Below, piece by piece: positions 52,151 to 63,255 of a stretch of 64,000 bases of DNA. The notes under the pieces were generated by a model, which was given only the letters and a program-made list of their open reading frames with translations, was not told where the DNA came from and made no database searches. The stretch spans positions 3,596,001 to 3,660,000 of the forward strand of contig NC_090404.1 of NCBI RefSeq assembly GCF_036365525.1, given 5' to 3'. The stretch is from Heterodontus francisci. Taxonomy: Eukaryota. A program made the translations under genes and the position numbers. Each line of letters begins with the position of its first letter. The stretch's first letter is position 1.

Positions 52151-53769
52151 TGCCTTTTTCTGTGCATGCGCCATAAACACAACAGCAAAAGACTTACTGG
52201 CCAGTCCCTGGACCCGGTGACACCAAGGTCTTCGCACGCTCGCTCCCCGCGGCTCTCTACGGCCTCTCGCTTCCGGCCCTCTCCATTCAGCCGTTCCCTC
52301 CAGCTGCGGATGCCCAATCCAGTTGCTTTCTCCCCTACCCAGTTGCTTTCTCTACTTCTCCTCAGTACTTCAGGCATTGCAACTGTTTGGTCCCTGCATT
52401 TTGCATGCTCCCTCTCCCCACCCCTCCCTGCACTCCCCACCCCTCCCCCTCTTCACCCACCCCTCCCTCTACCCCCCCACCATAGTTGAATATCTGAAGT
52501 GCAGTTGCAAAGTCGGGGAAATAGCATGCAAAACAAAACCTCAACAATTCTGGGTTTAATTATTGAAAAGTTTTATTAAGTTCATTAAGTATCTGAGGAA
52601 CTGCTGTGCATGGATACATGAGTGTTGTGTCCAGCATTCCCGTTAGACAGACAGGCCGAGTCTCTGCGATGCACAGCTAAAGAGATTGTTCCTGGAGAGC
52701 CTTGTGGTGAATAAAAGCTTGGCTCTCTATTCCACTACTGTATTGTCCATGTGAAGAAGGCAAAGTCACAAGAGTCTGAGCTCAGTCTATTCTTGGTGAA
52801 TTTTCCCCAAGCGCATCCCAATGTGCATTCCCAATTCATCCATAAATGCAATGTTCCTTTCCACATCGTGATGAGCTCCGCAGCATGATCCAGTTACCTT
52901 CGTTGCTTGAATGCTGACCTTAAGTCTCAAGGATTGTTTTCTCGACGGCATGTTTTACATGAAAAGAAATAAAGCAAATCAGAGTCAGAGCTGCCTCCCT
53001 CCATCCACTGAAATTACTGTTGCGCACACCTTTTTAAGTTCTGCAGTGAAGGCACCAATTGATAACGTCGCCAATGAAGCACTTATTACCCACCTCAGAT
53101 GCAGGAATCATCACATCCTTGCGTCATCTCCTGCACTGCCTCCTTTGCTTGAATGCCATCCTTAAGTGTCAAGGATGGTTTTCTCAAGGGCACGTTTTAC
53201 ATGAAAGAAAATAAGGAAAGAACATCAGTGTCAGAGCTTCCCTCCCTTCAATGGAATTACTGTTGAGCATGCTTTGTGTTCTGCGGTAAAGGCATGTACT
53301 GATAACACCGCCAATGAATCACTTAGTACCCACCTCAGCTGTAGGAGGCAGGATGATGTTATTGTCCCTATCTCGTGATGGTTCAATGCTGCTCTCAGGG
53401 AAAACATGAATGATGTGAGGGTGCTGGAAAAGAAGCACATTTCTTTTGGGCTATGAACATAAAGCTGTCCATTTAGCCCAGCAGTTCCCTGCTAGTGGTT
53501 ATGTTACTCGTGCATCTTCCCATCCATTCCCATTTAATCCTGCCTACTACTATCACCAGTTGTGTTCACAGCAAGAGCATTCACATTGCTGCTACCACTG
53601 GACACGGCATGCTTGTTTCTTTTAGTGCTCAGTCTCTTCTTGCTGAATGTTCCCCAAGTGCTTGACCCCTTTGGACGCCCTCTCTGCTTGACAGGCAGCA
53701 ACTGGCAATTGCGGAGTCTCACAAGGCTCTGCATGGTTGTTTCAACGTCGGATGGGGAAACAGGTGGCT

Positions 53770-54090
53770 GTGTGTCCATGAGCACTGCCCTGATGGGTGT
53801 AGGAGCAGGTAACTGTGTGCCCATGAGCACTGCCCTGATGGGTGTAGGAGCAGGTAACTGTGCAACTGAGCACTGCCCTGATGGGTGTAGGAGCAGGTAA
53901 CTGTGTGTCCATGTGCACTGCCCTGATGGGTGTAGGAGCAGGTGACTGTGTGCCCATGAGCACTGCCCTGATGGGTGTAGGAGCAGGTAACTGTGTGCCC
54001 ATGAGCACTGCCCTGATGGGTGTAGGAGCTGGTAACTGTGTGTCCATGTGCACTGCACTGATGGGTGTAGGAGCAGGTGACTGTGTAACT
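53770..54090. repeat. 45-bp tandem repeat, about 7 copies
   Basis: gagcactgccctgatgggtgtaggagcaggtaactgtgtgcccat units. Confidence 0.92.
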
Positions 54091-54697
54091 GAGCAGCAAG
54101 GAGAGGGTACCGTAGGTAGGGGAAGTGGAGATTTGAACAGGCAGGCATATGTATGGTCCATCAGATCATTAGGCCAGGGGGTGAGACGCTCAGGATCCAG
54201 GGTTTGTGACACGTGACTGATGTCCAGCGCGTGGCCACCTCCATCCGAAGGTGCTTCCGGGCAATTGTTGGGCATAGTAAATGGCTCCATCTCATCAGCC
54301 AGTCCTTGCTGCCAGCGGAGAGTCTGTTGCCGCAGCCAGTCCAGTCTCCTCATGAATGCTGCCGTTCCACTCTGCAGAACGGCCTGTTGTAGCTGGTACA
54401 ATTGATCTGAAAGCAAGCGGTATTTTTCATTGTGGCTGAGGGGCCTTGGCTGTTCCTCTGTAATCACAATGGCAGCAGCCATACCTGTCGTCGTTGGTGT
54501 CTGAGATGCACGCCAGCGACAATTGGGGGCGAGCCTGTCCAAAGGCAGACCCAGATGCCTCTGCACAACAACAGCATGTTTGCAGGGCAACAAAGTCTGA
54601 ATGGAGAAGATGCAGCTGCAGGTAGCCTGGCCATCATGTATCTGCAGTGTGTACTGTTTGGCGCCAGAAATCACAGTCACTGTGTCTTCATCCTGGT

Positions 54698-54920
54698 ACA
54701 TGCGGTGGCCAAGACAATGGAAATGTTTTCAGAGCAATTTACAACAGGGACTGGAGAACATGCGGTGGCCCAGACAATGGAAATGTTTTCAGAGCAACTT
54801 ACAACAGGGACTGGAGAACATGCGGTGGCCCAGATAATGGAAATGTTTTCAGAGCAACCCACAACAGGGACTGGAGAACATGCGGTGGCCCAGACAATGG
54901 AAATGTTTTCAGAGCAACTT
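54698..54920. repeat. 60-bp tandem repeat, about 3.7 copies
   Basis: acatgcggtggcccagacaatggaaatgttttcagagcaacttacaacagggactggaga units. Confidence 0.93.
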
Positions 54921-55275
54921 GCAAAGGCAGAGCAACTTACCTTGGAACAATCTCCTGTGTCAAATAAAAATGAAGCAAGCCTCCAAAACGAATACATAAT
55001 TCAGATAAAATGCCCGACGAAACCTCCCCTCCTTCCACTTTTAAAAAGTCGCGCTGAAGCTTTGACGCATGCGCAGAGGCCAAACTGGCGCGTCGGCGAG
55101 AAAGACGAAATAACGCGATGACGTCATCTGCGCATGCGCACGACCGTACCGGCAGGTCGGACCGCAGCGCATGCGCAGGGATGAGGAGACTGGGTGCGCA
55201 TGCGCGGACCGCGGCGCATCCTGATGACGTTTTCCGATGAAGTAGCGTTGTCATGAATTACTTTGCACAGAGAGA

Positions 55276-55770
55276 TGGAAGCTCAGACCGCGTGCATTCT
55301 GTTCTCAATGTGACGCTCATTTGTTACATTCACTTTGTGTTAACTTTTAAATTTTTCTCTCTCGATTGTTCTCTGTCAAATTGTTAATAAATCTCGAATA
55401 GCAAATGGGCAACGTTCGATTTTGCGGATTTTTTTTTCTCCAAGGCGCCTCCTCACGGTTCCATTTTCCCATTCATTTTATTTCTCTGGCAAGTATTTTT
55501 CTCCTGCTTTGTCTGAGTAAGGTTTGAACACAAGTCCCTATTGTTCAAGGAACCAGTGCGCCATTCAATGACACATCAAAGCAAACACACCTTTTCCTTC
55601 ATGGCTCAGAGGCTGAATGGCTGCATAGCCACTAGGTGCACCTCCCAGTCTACTCTGAGACTATAAACAGTAGCAGTCAGATTCCAGGTTCCATTAATGA
55701 GCGGGGCTCTGCTCCAACACAGCCTTATATAATACAGCACATTGCTGATTACATTTCCATTTAAACAGCG
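55276..55770 (+). pseudogene. Relic of a second IgH gene end: TM 3'UTR, polyA site and downstream flank
   Basis: Collinear similarity to 18861-19330: gctcagacc..ttctgttctcaatgtgac; aattgt.aataaatct.gaata.caa; tctgctcca....agcct.ata.aa. Confidence 0.75.
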
Positions 55771-56049
55771 CCATCAAATATTCACAAGGCATGCACAGCA
55801 CAGTTTAGGTGTCGGACACAGACACAACGGGAAGCACAAAACCTTGGAATGATTCACAGAGCCTGGGGCCCAGGGACACAACAAAAAGCATAAACCCTGA
55901 AAATTATTCCCATGGACTGGGGCTTATTGGACACATCAAGGAACAGAAGCTCTCAGAAGGATTTGACATTGTAGCACTTCGCCTCAACCCATAAACACAA
56001 ACACTCTATCTCCATCTTTTTTCTGTTATACCCATTAACCCTGCACAGA

Positions 56050-56565
56050 ATGTACTGGCACTGGAGAGGGGGCAGAGGAGGTTCGCTCGGTTGATTCTGG
56101 AGTTGAGGGGGTTGGCTTATGTGGAAAGACTGAGTAGATTGGGATTATATTCATTGGAATTCAGATGAATGAGGGGGGATCTTATAGAAACATATAACAT
56201 TATGAAGGGAATAGATAAGGTACAAGTAGAGAGGATGTTTCCACTGGCAGGTGAAGCTAGGACAAGAGGGCATAGCCTCAAGATTAGAGGGAGCAGATTT
56301 AGGACTGAATTAAGAAGGAACTTCTTCACCCAGAGGGTTGTTAATCTATGGAATTCCTTGCCCAGTGAAGTAGTTGACGCTTCTTCAGCAAACGTTTTTA
56401 AACCTAAGGCAGATATCTTTTTGAACAATAAAGGAATTAAGGGATACGGTGAGAGCGCGGGTAAGTGGATCTGAGTCCACGAAACGATCAGCCATGATCT
56501 GATTGAATGGCGGAGCAGGCTCGAGGGGCCGGACGGCCGACTCCTGCTCCAAGTTCCTATGATTA
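56050..56565 (+). mobile_element. CR1 3' fragment
   Basis: ORF 56169-56474 (RGDLIETY..FFTQRVVNLWNSLP). Confidence 0.9.
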
Positions 56566-57238
56566 AAGCAGTTGGGGTAGTGCGCATGTGCGTCCCGTTA
56601 TCCCAGAGAGCAGGTCGGCCCAGCCCACAGAGAAGGGCCTTTCCCAGCTGCTGTGAATTGTGGGAGCAGCAACGCTCAATGGCCCAGTCATTGACTGAGT
56701 GAATCCAAACGCAGAATAAAAACAGAAAATACTGGAAATACTCAGCATGTGGCAGCAACTGTGAAGAGAAAAACAGTGTTAACTGTTCAGGTCTGTGACC
56801 TTTCATCCTCCTTACAATCGGGACCTGACGGGTTGTTGGTCCCGAAAAACTGCGGATGTCCTGTTGAGTGGAGAATCTCTGATCGGAGAATGAAGCCGGG
56901 AAATCCCAGGAGGTGTTCACCAACGCAATCGGGAAAGACGGATTCAAACAAAGAAAAAGAGAGAAAACTTCACTGCTCCTCATGGAAACCGGCGTAAATA
57001 AATTTAACCTCTATGGTGATAAACGACTAAGCAGAATATGCATTTTTATGGAAAGACTCACATTGTGTACACAGAATGAAGTGAGAAGTGGGGTAAATGC
57101 AGAAGTAATTAAATAGAGGAATCGAACTGAACATCAGAAAAGAGCAATGCTGAAGGGCATGAGCAGGAAAATGAAAGTGAAAACTTGATGAGCTCAGTGA
57201 AGATTTATGCACGATAAATTCTACGATTAATTGCAATT

Positions 57239-57467
57239 GAAGATTTCTACACTTTCCCCGTGCTTTATATCCTTGGGTCTCTGCAAATCACAGAATGTTC
57301 AGGTCTTATGTACAGCTCTGTCCGTGCTCTGTACCACTGTGTTTTGCTTTATGCCACCGTGCTCAGGTTTCTGTACAGTTGTCTCCGTGCTCTGTATCAC
57401 TGTGTGTCTGTAATCCCCACCACGTTCAGGTTTTTGTACAGCCCTCTCCGTGCTCTGTATCACTGTG
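57239..57467 (-). other. Tandem array of 23-spacer RSSs (3 complete, 1 decayed), period ~63 bp
   Basis: Heptamers CACAGTG at 57467-61, 57404-398, 57341-35. Nonamers ACAAAAACC 57437-29, ACAGAAACC 57374-66, ACATAAGAC 57311-03. All spacers are 23 nt. Decayed fourth copy at ~57239-57277. Confidence 0.92.
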
Positions 57468-57775
57468 AGCTATGCGCCGACTCAGTGCACAGTAATACAC
57501 AGCAGAGTCACTCATTTGGAGTTTGGCGATGTTTAACCGGCTGATTTTCTCGGCAGGATCAATAAAAGCAGAAATTCGTCCCCCAGCAGCGTTTTCTTTA
57601 TTCTCCTGTCCTGAAGTTTGTCTCTGAAGCAGGTATTTCGGAGCCTGCCCTGGGGACTGACGGTACCAGTGTACTGTGTACTGACAGAACCCTGAATATT
57701 CACAGCTTAAAGTAACAGTCTCACCGACAGCAGAGGTTTGCAGAGGCGCACTCCGGGACACCAGCGAACTGGAAT
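57468..57775 (-). CDS. TCR delta-type V exon with extra CDR1 cysteine (NAR-TCR supporting-Vdelta-like), open frame
   Basis: Acceptor ttcataccacag|, phase 1. Encodes DSSSLVSRSAPLQTSAVGETVTLSCEYSGFCQYTVHWYRQSPGQAPKYLL...GRISAFIDPAEKISRLNIAKLQMSDSAVYYCALSRRIA, followed by a perfect 23-RSS. No intact leader exon found. Confidence 0.9.
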
Positions 57776-59509
57776 CTGTGGTATGAAAATATGATATTAT
57801 TATGTCTTTAGTTGCTGTTTCCTTGGAGACACATGTGAATCACATAGTGCGGCCTTTTGCGACAATGCCTCTGAAGCCCTTTCGAACTTGATTCACTTTC
57901 ATTGGCAAAGAAGCAAGCCGGGAGCTTCCAATGACATTGATACTTTATTTATTTAGGCAGCGAGCTGTTCTGAAAGGGTGGTGGATCAGTTTCAATGATA
58001 ACTTTAAACAGGCAATGGGATATATATTGTGGGGAAAGAGCAGGGCGCGTGGGACCAACTGAATAGCTCTTTCAAAGGGCCGGCACAGACAAAATGGGTC
58101 GAATGGTTTAATTCTGTGCTATATCTTTCTATAATTTCTATTAAATACCTGTTTCCTTTTTGGTGTGTGTGAAAGTCTACCAAAAGAAACATTTCAATAG
58201 TGTATTCTGATCCTGTTGGAGACGATCACCTTGCAAAGGTGTTTGACCGCGCGGAACCCGTGTGTTGGTCAAAGGTGCACAGCCAGATCTAACAGAAAGC
58301 AACGATTGAGCAAAGTTGACTCAGAACTCCTGTGTGTTGACGATCAGGGTTTAACTGCAGGTTAACATTCACGGGAGCGCCTACCTGCCTCTTGCTTTAT
58401 TTGTTCCTCTTTTTTTCATTAATGAGGCCCGTTTTAATCCGTTCCACTTGAATCTGAGATGCATGCAGTTACTTTCATTTTATTTCTAGATCTGGGTCGC
58501 TCATGTTGTTCTGTTATTTGTCACCATGGGAACTTGTCCCGATGTCTCTCAGTTGTCGGTTGGATTCAGTCTGTGCAGTTTCCGCAGTGGTTTTACTGTT
58601 ACTCTCTGGGAAATGGCTCTTCCCGCTTTCTGGCAATTTCTATAACTGCAGCCCATTCGTTGATTCTCTTCCGTGTTCTCCGAGAGTAGTTTTCTCTTTT
58701 TTAATATTATCCAGAATCTGCAGAACAGGAATAGACCATTCCACCCAGCTGGTCTATGCCGGTTTTAATGTTCAGCATCCTGCCATATGAATTCCCTCTT
58801 CCCACCCCGAGCCCTGTGTTCCTCCATTCCTTTCTCTCTCCTGTATTTTTCAAGCCTCCATTAAACTACGCAATGTTGTTTGCTCCAACCATTACATATT
58901 CTATACTCCATAATAAGTGTGTCCTAACGTCTTTATTTTTTTTCTCAGTGACTATTTTATATTGATGGCCTCTTGTTCTGGATTCAATAACAAGTGGAAA
59001 CTGTTTCTCCTCCTGTACCCTATCCAACCACATTACAATATTAATGACATCGATCTAGTCTCCTCATTGTCTTCTCTTTTCCAATGAAAAGAGCCCCAGC
59101 CTCTTCGATCTTTCCACATGATGTAGATTGCTGCTGCTCTCTGTTCACAAGAATATAAGAAATCCAAAACTGCGGAAAGGACCAGAGCTCATTCGTAGCC
59201 CGTCCCTCCAATAAAGCTCATTGCCTCGATGTCAGATTGTCCTTTCACTGGCTTTGAGATTGTTTTCTCCACACTCGCGCCTGGCCGATGAATCCGATCT
59301 TTGTCTCCCGTTCCGTGAATTATTTCTTGCTTGCTGTAAATGGACTCTCTTCCAGTCTGCATTTGTTCCCTGGGGTGTTCCTCTTCTCGTTCATAACAAT
59401 TTGAGAAGCTCGCACTCACGAGCGCACTGAACAGTATTGTTTCAAGAATCAATAAATAGGGATGCAGTTAAATTACTGTAATCCAAATTCTCAGACACGG
59501 ATAGGAAAT

Positions 59510-60830
59510 ATTAGAATTATCATAGAATGTTATAACGCAGAAGGAGGCGATTCACCCTGTCGTGTCTGTGAAGGTTCTCTGCAAAAGAAATTTCACTACT
59601 CTCACTCTCCGCCCTTCTCCGGCCGTCCTGATTTTTTCCCCCTTTCAGCTGCGTATCCAATTGCGTTTTAAAAAGCACGGTTAAATCAGCCTTGACCACA
59701 CTCTCAGCCAATGAATTCCAGAATGTATTCCAACTCGCTGTGTGGTGAGGTTTTTCCTCATGTCGCCTTTAGTTCTTTTCCTATTCACTTTAAACCCTTG
59801 TCCTCTGCTTCTCGATACTTCTTCAAATGGGAACAATTTCTGTCTATTTAGATCTCTCATGATTTTGTACACCTCGATCAAATCTCCTCTCAACCTCCTC
59901 TTTTCTAAGGAGAACATCCCCAGTTTCTCCAATCAATCCTCGAAACCGAAGTACCTGAAATCTGGAATAGTTTTCATAAATCTGTCCTGCACCCTCTCTA
60001 AAACATTTAGATTCTTACTAAAGTACTATCGCAGAATTCGACACAATACTCGAGCTGAGGCCGAAACGGTGTTTTATAAAGGTTCATCATAACTTCCATG
60101 TTTGTGTGCTCAATGGCTCTATTTATTACACCCAGGATTCAGTATGTCTTTTTTCACTGCATTCTCAACCTGCTCTGCCACCTTCAACAATTTGTCGCCA
60201 GATCCTTCTTTTCCTGCACCCCCTAAGAATTGCACTCTCTAATTTATATTGCCTCTCCTTATACTTCCTACCAAAAATATATCGCTTCACACTTCTCTTG
60301 TTAAATTTAATCTGCCACATCTTCGTCTATTCCACTGTCCTGTCCATGTTCTCTTGAACTTTATGACTGTCCTTCTCAGAGTTCGCAATCGTTCCAAGTT
60401 TTGCGTCAGCTGAAAATTTGGAAATTGTGTCTTGCGCACTCAGATCTAGGTTATTAATATGGATCAAGAAATGAAGTGGTCGTAATACCGACCAATGGTG
60501 AACGCCACTCCATAGCTTCCTCCAGGCTGTGAAACAATCGTTCATCTCCACACTCCTGTCACCCAGCTAACTTCGTATCCATGCTGTCATGGCTTGAACT
60601 TGGCTGGCGAGCCTATTATGTAGCATTTTATCAAACGTATTTTGGAAGTTCATATGCACCACAAATATCGTATTATCCACATCAACCCTCTGTTACCTCA
60701 CCAAAAATACTATATCAAGTTAGTTCAACACGATTTGTCTTTAACAAATCCGTGATCACTTTCCTTAATTAATCCCCACTTGTCCACTTGTCTGTTAATT
60801 TTGTCCCCAATTATATGTATCAACCACTTA
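59510..60830 (-). mobile_element. Degenerate CR1 fragment
   Basis: ORFs 59681-59932 and 60327-60551. Confidence 0.82.
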
Positions 60831-63255
60831 AGGAGAAATTGCATAACTCTCAACAAATATATATCCATTGAGAATGAAAAAACACTACGAAAGGATGAAC
60901 CATCTGTCGCTAACGAAGGAAGTTAAGAATGGCATCAAATTGAAAGAAAAGCCATACAATGGTGTGAAGATTAGTGAGAGGTCAGAAGTTTGGGAAAATT
61001 TTAGAAACTAGATGACTGAAAAGAAATAAAAAGGAAGAAATTAGTATATCAGAGTAAACGAGCGAAAAATAGAAAAACAAAGTAAGAGCTTCTCCAAGTA
61101 TCTAAAATGGAAGTAAAGTAAACCTTGATCCCTGAGAGGTTGAGATTGGGGAATCAATAATAGGAAACAAGGAAATGGCAGAGACTTTGAACAATCATTT
61201 TGTATCTGCCTTTGTGGCAGAACACACTATAACAAGTCCCAGGAATAGTAGAAGATCAAAGGGCAAAGGGGAGGGATAAACTTGAAACTCACTATCACGA
61301 GAGAAAAATTACTGGGAAAACTAATGGGACTGAAGGATGTCAAGTTCCCTGGACCTGTTGGCCTGCATCCTAGGGTCTTAAAAGAAGTGGCTGCAGAAAT
61401 AGTGGATGCATTGGCTATAATATTCCAAAATATCTCGAGTCGGGCAAGGTCCAAATGGTTTAGAAAAAATGCAAATGTAGCAACACCCCTCCCCCCTCCC
61501 CCGCCCCCGCTCCACCTGTTCAAGAAAGGAAGGAGTCAGAAAGCAGGAAACTATAGGCTAGTTAGCCTAACGTCTGTCATTGGGAAAATACTGAAATCCA
61601 TTATTAAGGAAGTAATAGTAGGATATTTAGAAAACTCATAATACAATCAAGCAGAATTACCATGATTTCATGAAGGAAAGTTCAATGGGGAAGTGAAAAA
61701 AGAAATAAGAGCAGCAAAGAGAGAGTATGAGAAGAGACTGGCAGACAACATAAAAGGGAATCCAGAAGTCTTCCATCGGCATTTCATTGATTAAAAGGGT
61801 GGAATCAGGAAGAGTGGAGCCAATTAGAGGCCTAAAAGGTGAAAGTTGGCTGTGATGTGAAAAACAGAATAGTGGCGAATGGTCGTTTTTAGGACTAAAG
61901 GAAGGTAGATAGTGGGGTTAGAGCCATTGTTTTTCTTGATCTATATTAATAACAAGAATTTGAATGTGCAGGGTACAATTTTAAAATTTGTGGATGACGC
62001 AAAACCTGGAAGAATTTTGAACTGTGAGGGTGATAGGGATAAACTTCAAGAGAACATAGACAGGTTGATGGAATGGGCGGACATGTGGCAGATGAAATTC
62101 AATGCAGTGAAGTGTGAAGTGATACATTTTGGTAAGAACGAGGAGAGCCATATAAATTAGAGGATATTGTTCTAAAGGAAGTGCAGGAGCAGAGGGGCCT
62201 GGGGGTATATGTGCACAAATAATTGAAGGGGGCCGCACCGTTGGGCAGTGGTTAGCACCGCAGCCTCACAGCTCCAGCGACCCGGGTTCAATTCCGGGTA
62301 CGGCCTACGTGGAGTTTGCAAGTTCTCCCTGTGCCTGTGTGGGTTTCCTCCGGGTGCTCCAGTTTCCTCCCACATGCCAAAGACTTGCAGTTTGATAGGT
62401 AAATTGGCCATTATAAATTGCCCCTAGTATAGGTGGTAGGGAAATGTAGGGACAGGTGGGGATGTGGTAGGAATATGGAATTAGTGTAGGATTAGTATAA
62501 ATGGTTGGTTGATGGTCGGCACAGAGTCGGTGGGCCGAAGGGCCTGTTTCAGTGCAGTATCTCTAAACTAAACTAAAACTAAACTAAGGTTGAAGAGCAG
62601 GTTGAGAAAGCGGTTCATAATGCATACTGGATCCTGGGTTTTATAAGTCGAGGCATAGAGTGCAAAAGCAAGGAAGTTATGCTGCACCTCTATAAAACAG
62701 TGGTTCGGCCTTAACTGGAGTGTTATGTCCAATTCTGAGCACCCCACTTTATGAAGGATGTGAAAGCATTGGAAAATGTGCAGACAAGAATTGTAAGAAT
62801 GGTTTCAGGGATGAGGGAGTTCTGTCCTGAGGACAGATCAGAGAAGCTGGCGCCATTCTCCTTATAGAAGAGAAGTTTGAGAAGAGATTCGATAGAGTCG
62901 TTCAAAATCACGAGGGGTCTTGACAGACGACAAACTGTTCCCATTGGCAGAAAGATCGAGAACCAGAACACACTGATTTAAGGTGATTGGCAAAAGAACC
63001 ATAGGCAACCAAAGGGAAAACTTTTTTTATGTAACCAGTTATTAGGATATGGAATGCACTAACTGAGTGTGTGCTGCAGACAGATTCAAACATGGCTTTC
63101 AAAGGGGTATTGGATAATTATCGAAAGAGAAAAAAAATGGCAGGGCCACGGAGAAAAGGCGGGGGAATGGGACGAGGTGAGTTGCTCCTGCAGAGACCCA
63201 GGACGGACACGCGGACCGAATGACACCTCTTTGGGGTGTAACCATTCTATGATAT
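60830..63255 (+). mobile_element. Degenerate CR1 fragments interrupted by a SINE
   Basis: ORFs 61282-61641 (PGPVGLHPRVLKE, GNYRLVSLTS) and 61912-62160. Confidence 0.82.
62228..62587 (+). mobile_element. HE1-like V-SINE, full length
   Basis: tRNA-like head, V-domain and (TAAAC)n tail; homologous to 48628-48982. Confidence 0.9.

Larger units (their letters stand above)
52900..55255 (-). mobile_element. SWIM-finger (MULE/Mutator-like) transposase relic with CpG-rich end
   Basis: ORF 53742-54701 contains ATCSCIFSIQTLLPCKH (SWIM CxC..CxH). ORF 53534-54148 contains the AT-hook KQRGRPKG and basic KKRLSTKR. No catalytic DDE domain or TIRs seen; left boundary uncertain. Confidence 0.65.

Noticed and set aside
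51474-52440. Long G/R/E-rich and P/S/L-rich ORFs
   Set aside because: They arise from low-complexity purine tracts that lack stop codons.
53770-54090. CACAGT heptamer-like motifs in the 45-bp repeat (- strand)
   Set aside because: No nonamers; they are part of a transposon coding repeat.
57239-57467. CRISPR-like repeat/spacer appearance
   Set aside because: This is vertebrate DNA with no cas genes, and the repeats are recognisable 23-RSSs.
59189-59230. FIGGTG as a possible J segment
   Set aside because: It does not fit FGxGT and lacks both an RSS and a splice donor.
62228-62310. tRNA-like A/B boxes (also at 48900-48982)
   Set aside because: These are SINE heads continuous with SINE bodies, not tRNA genes.
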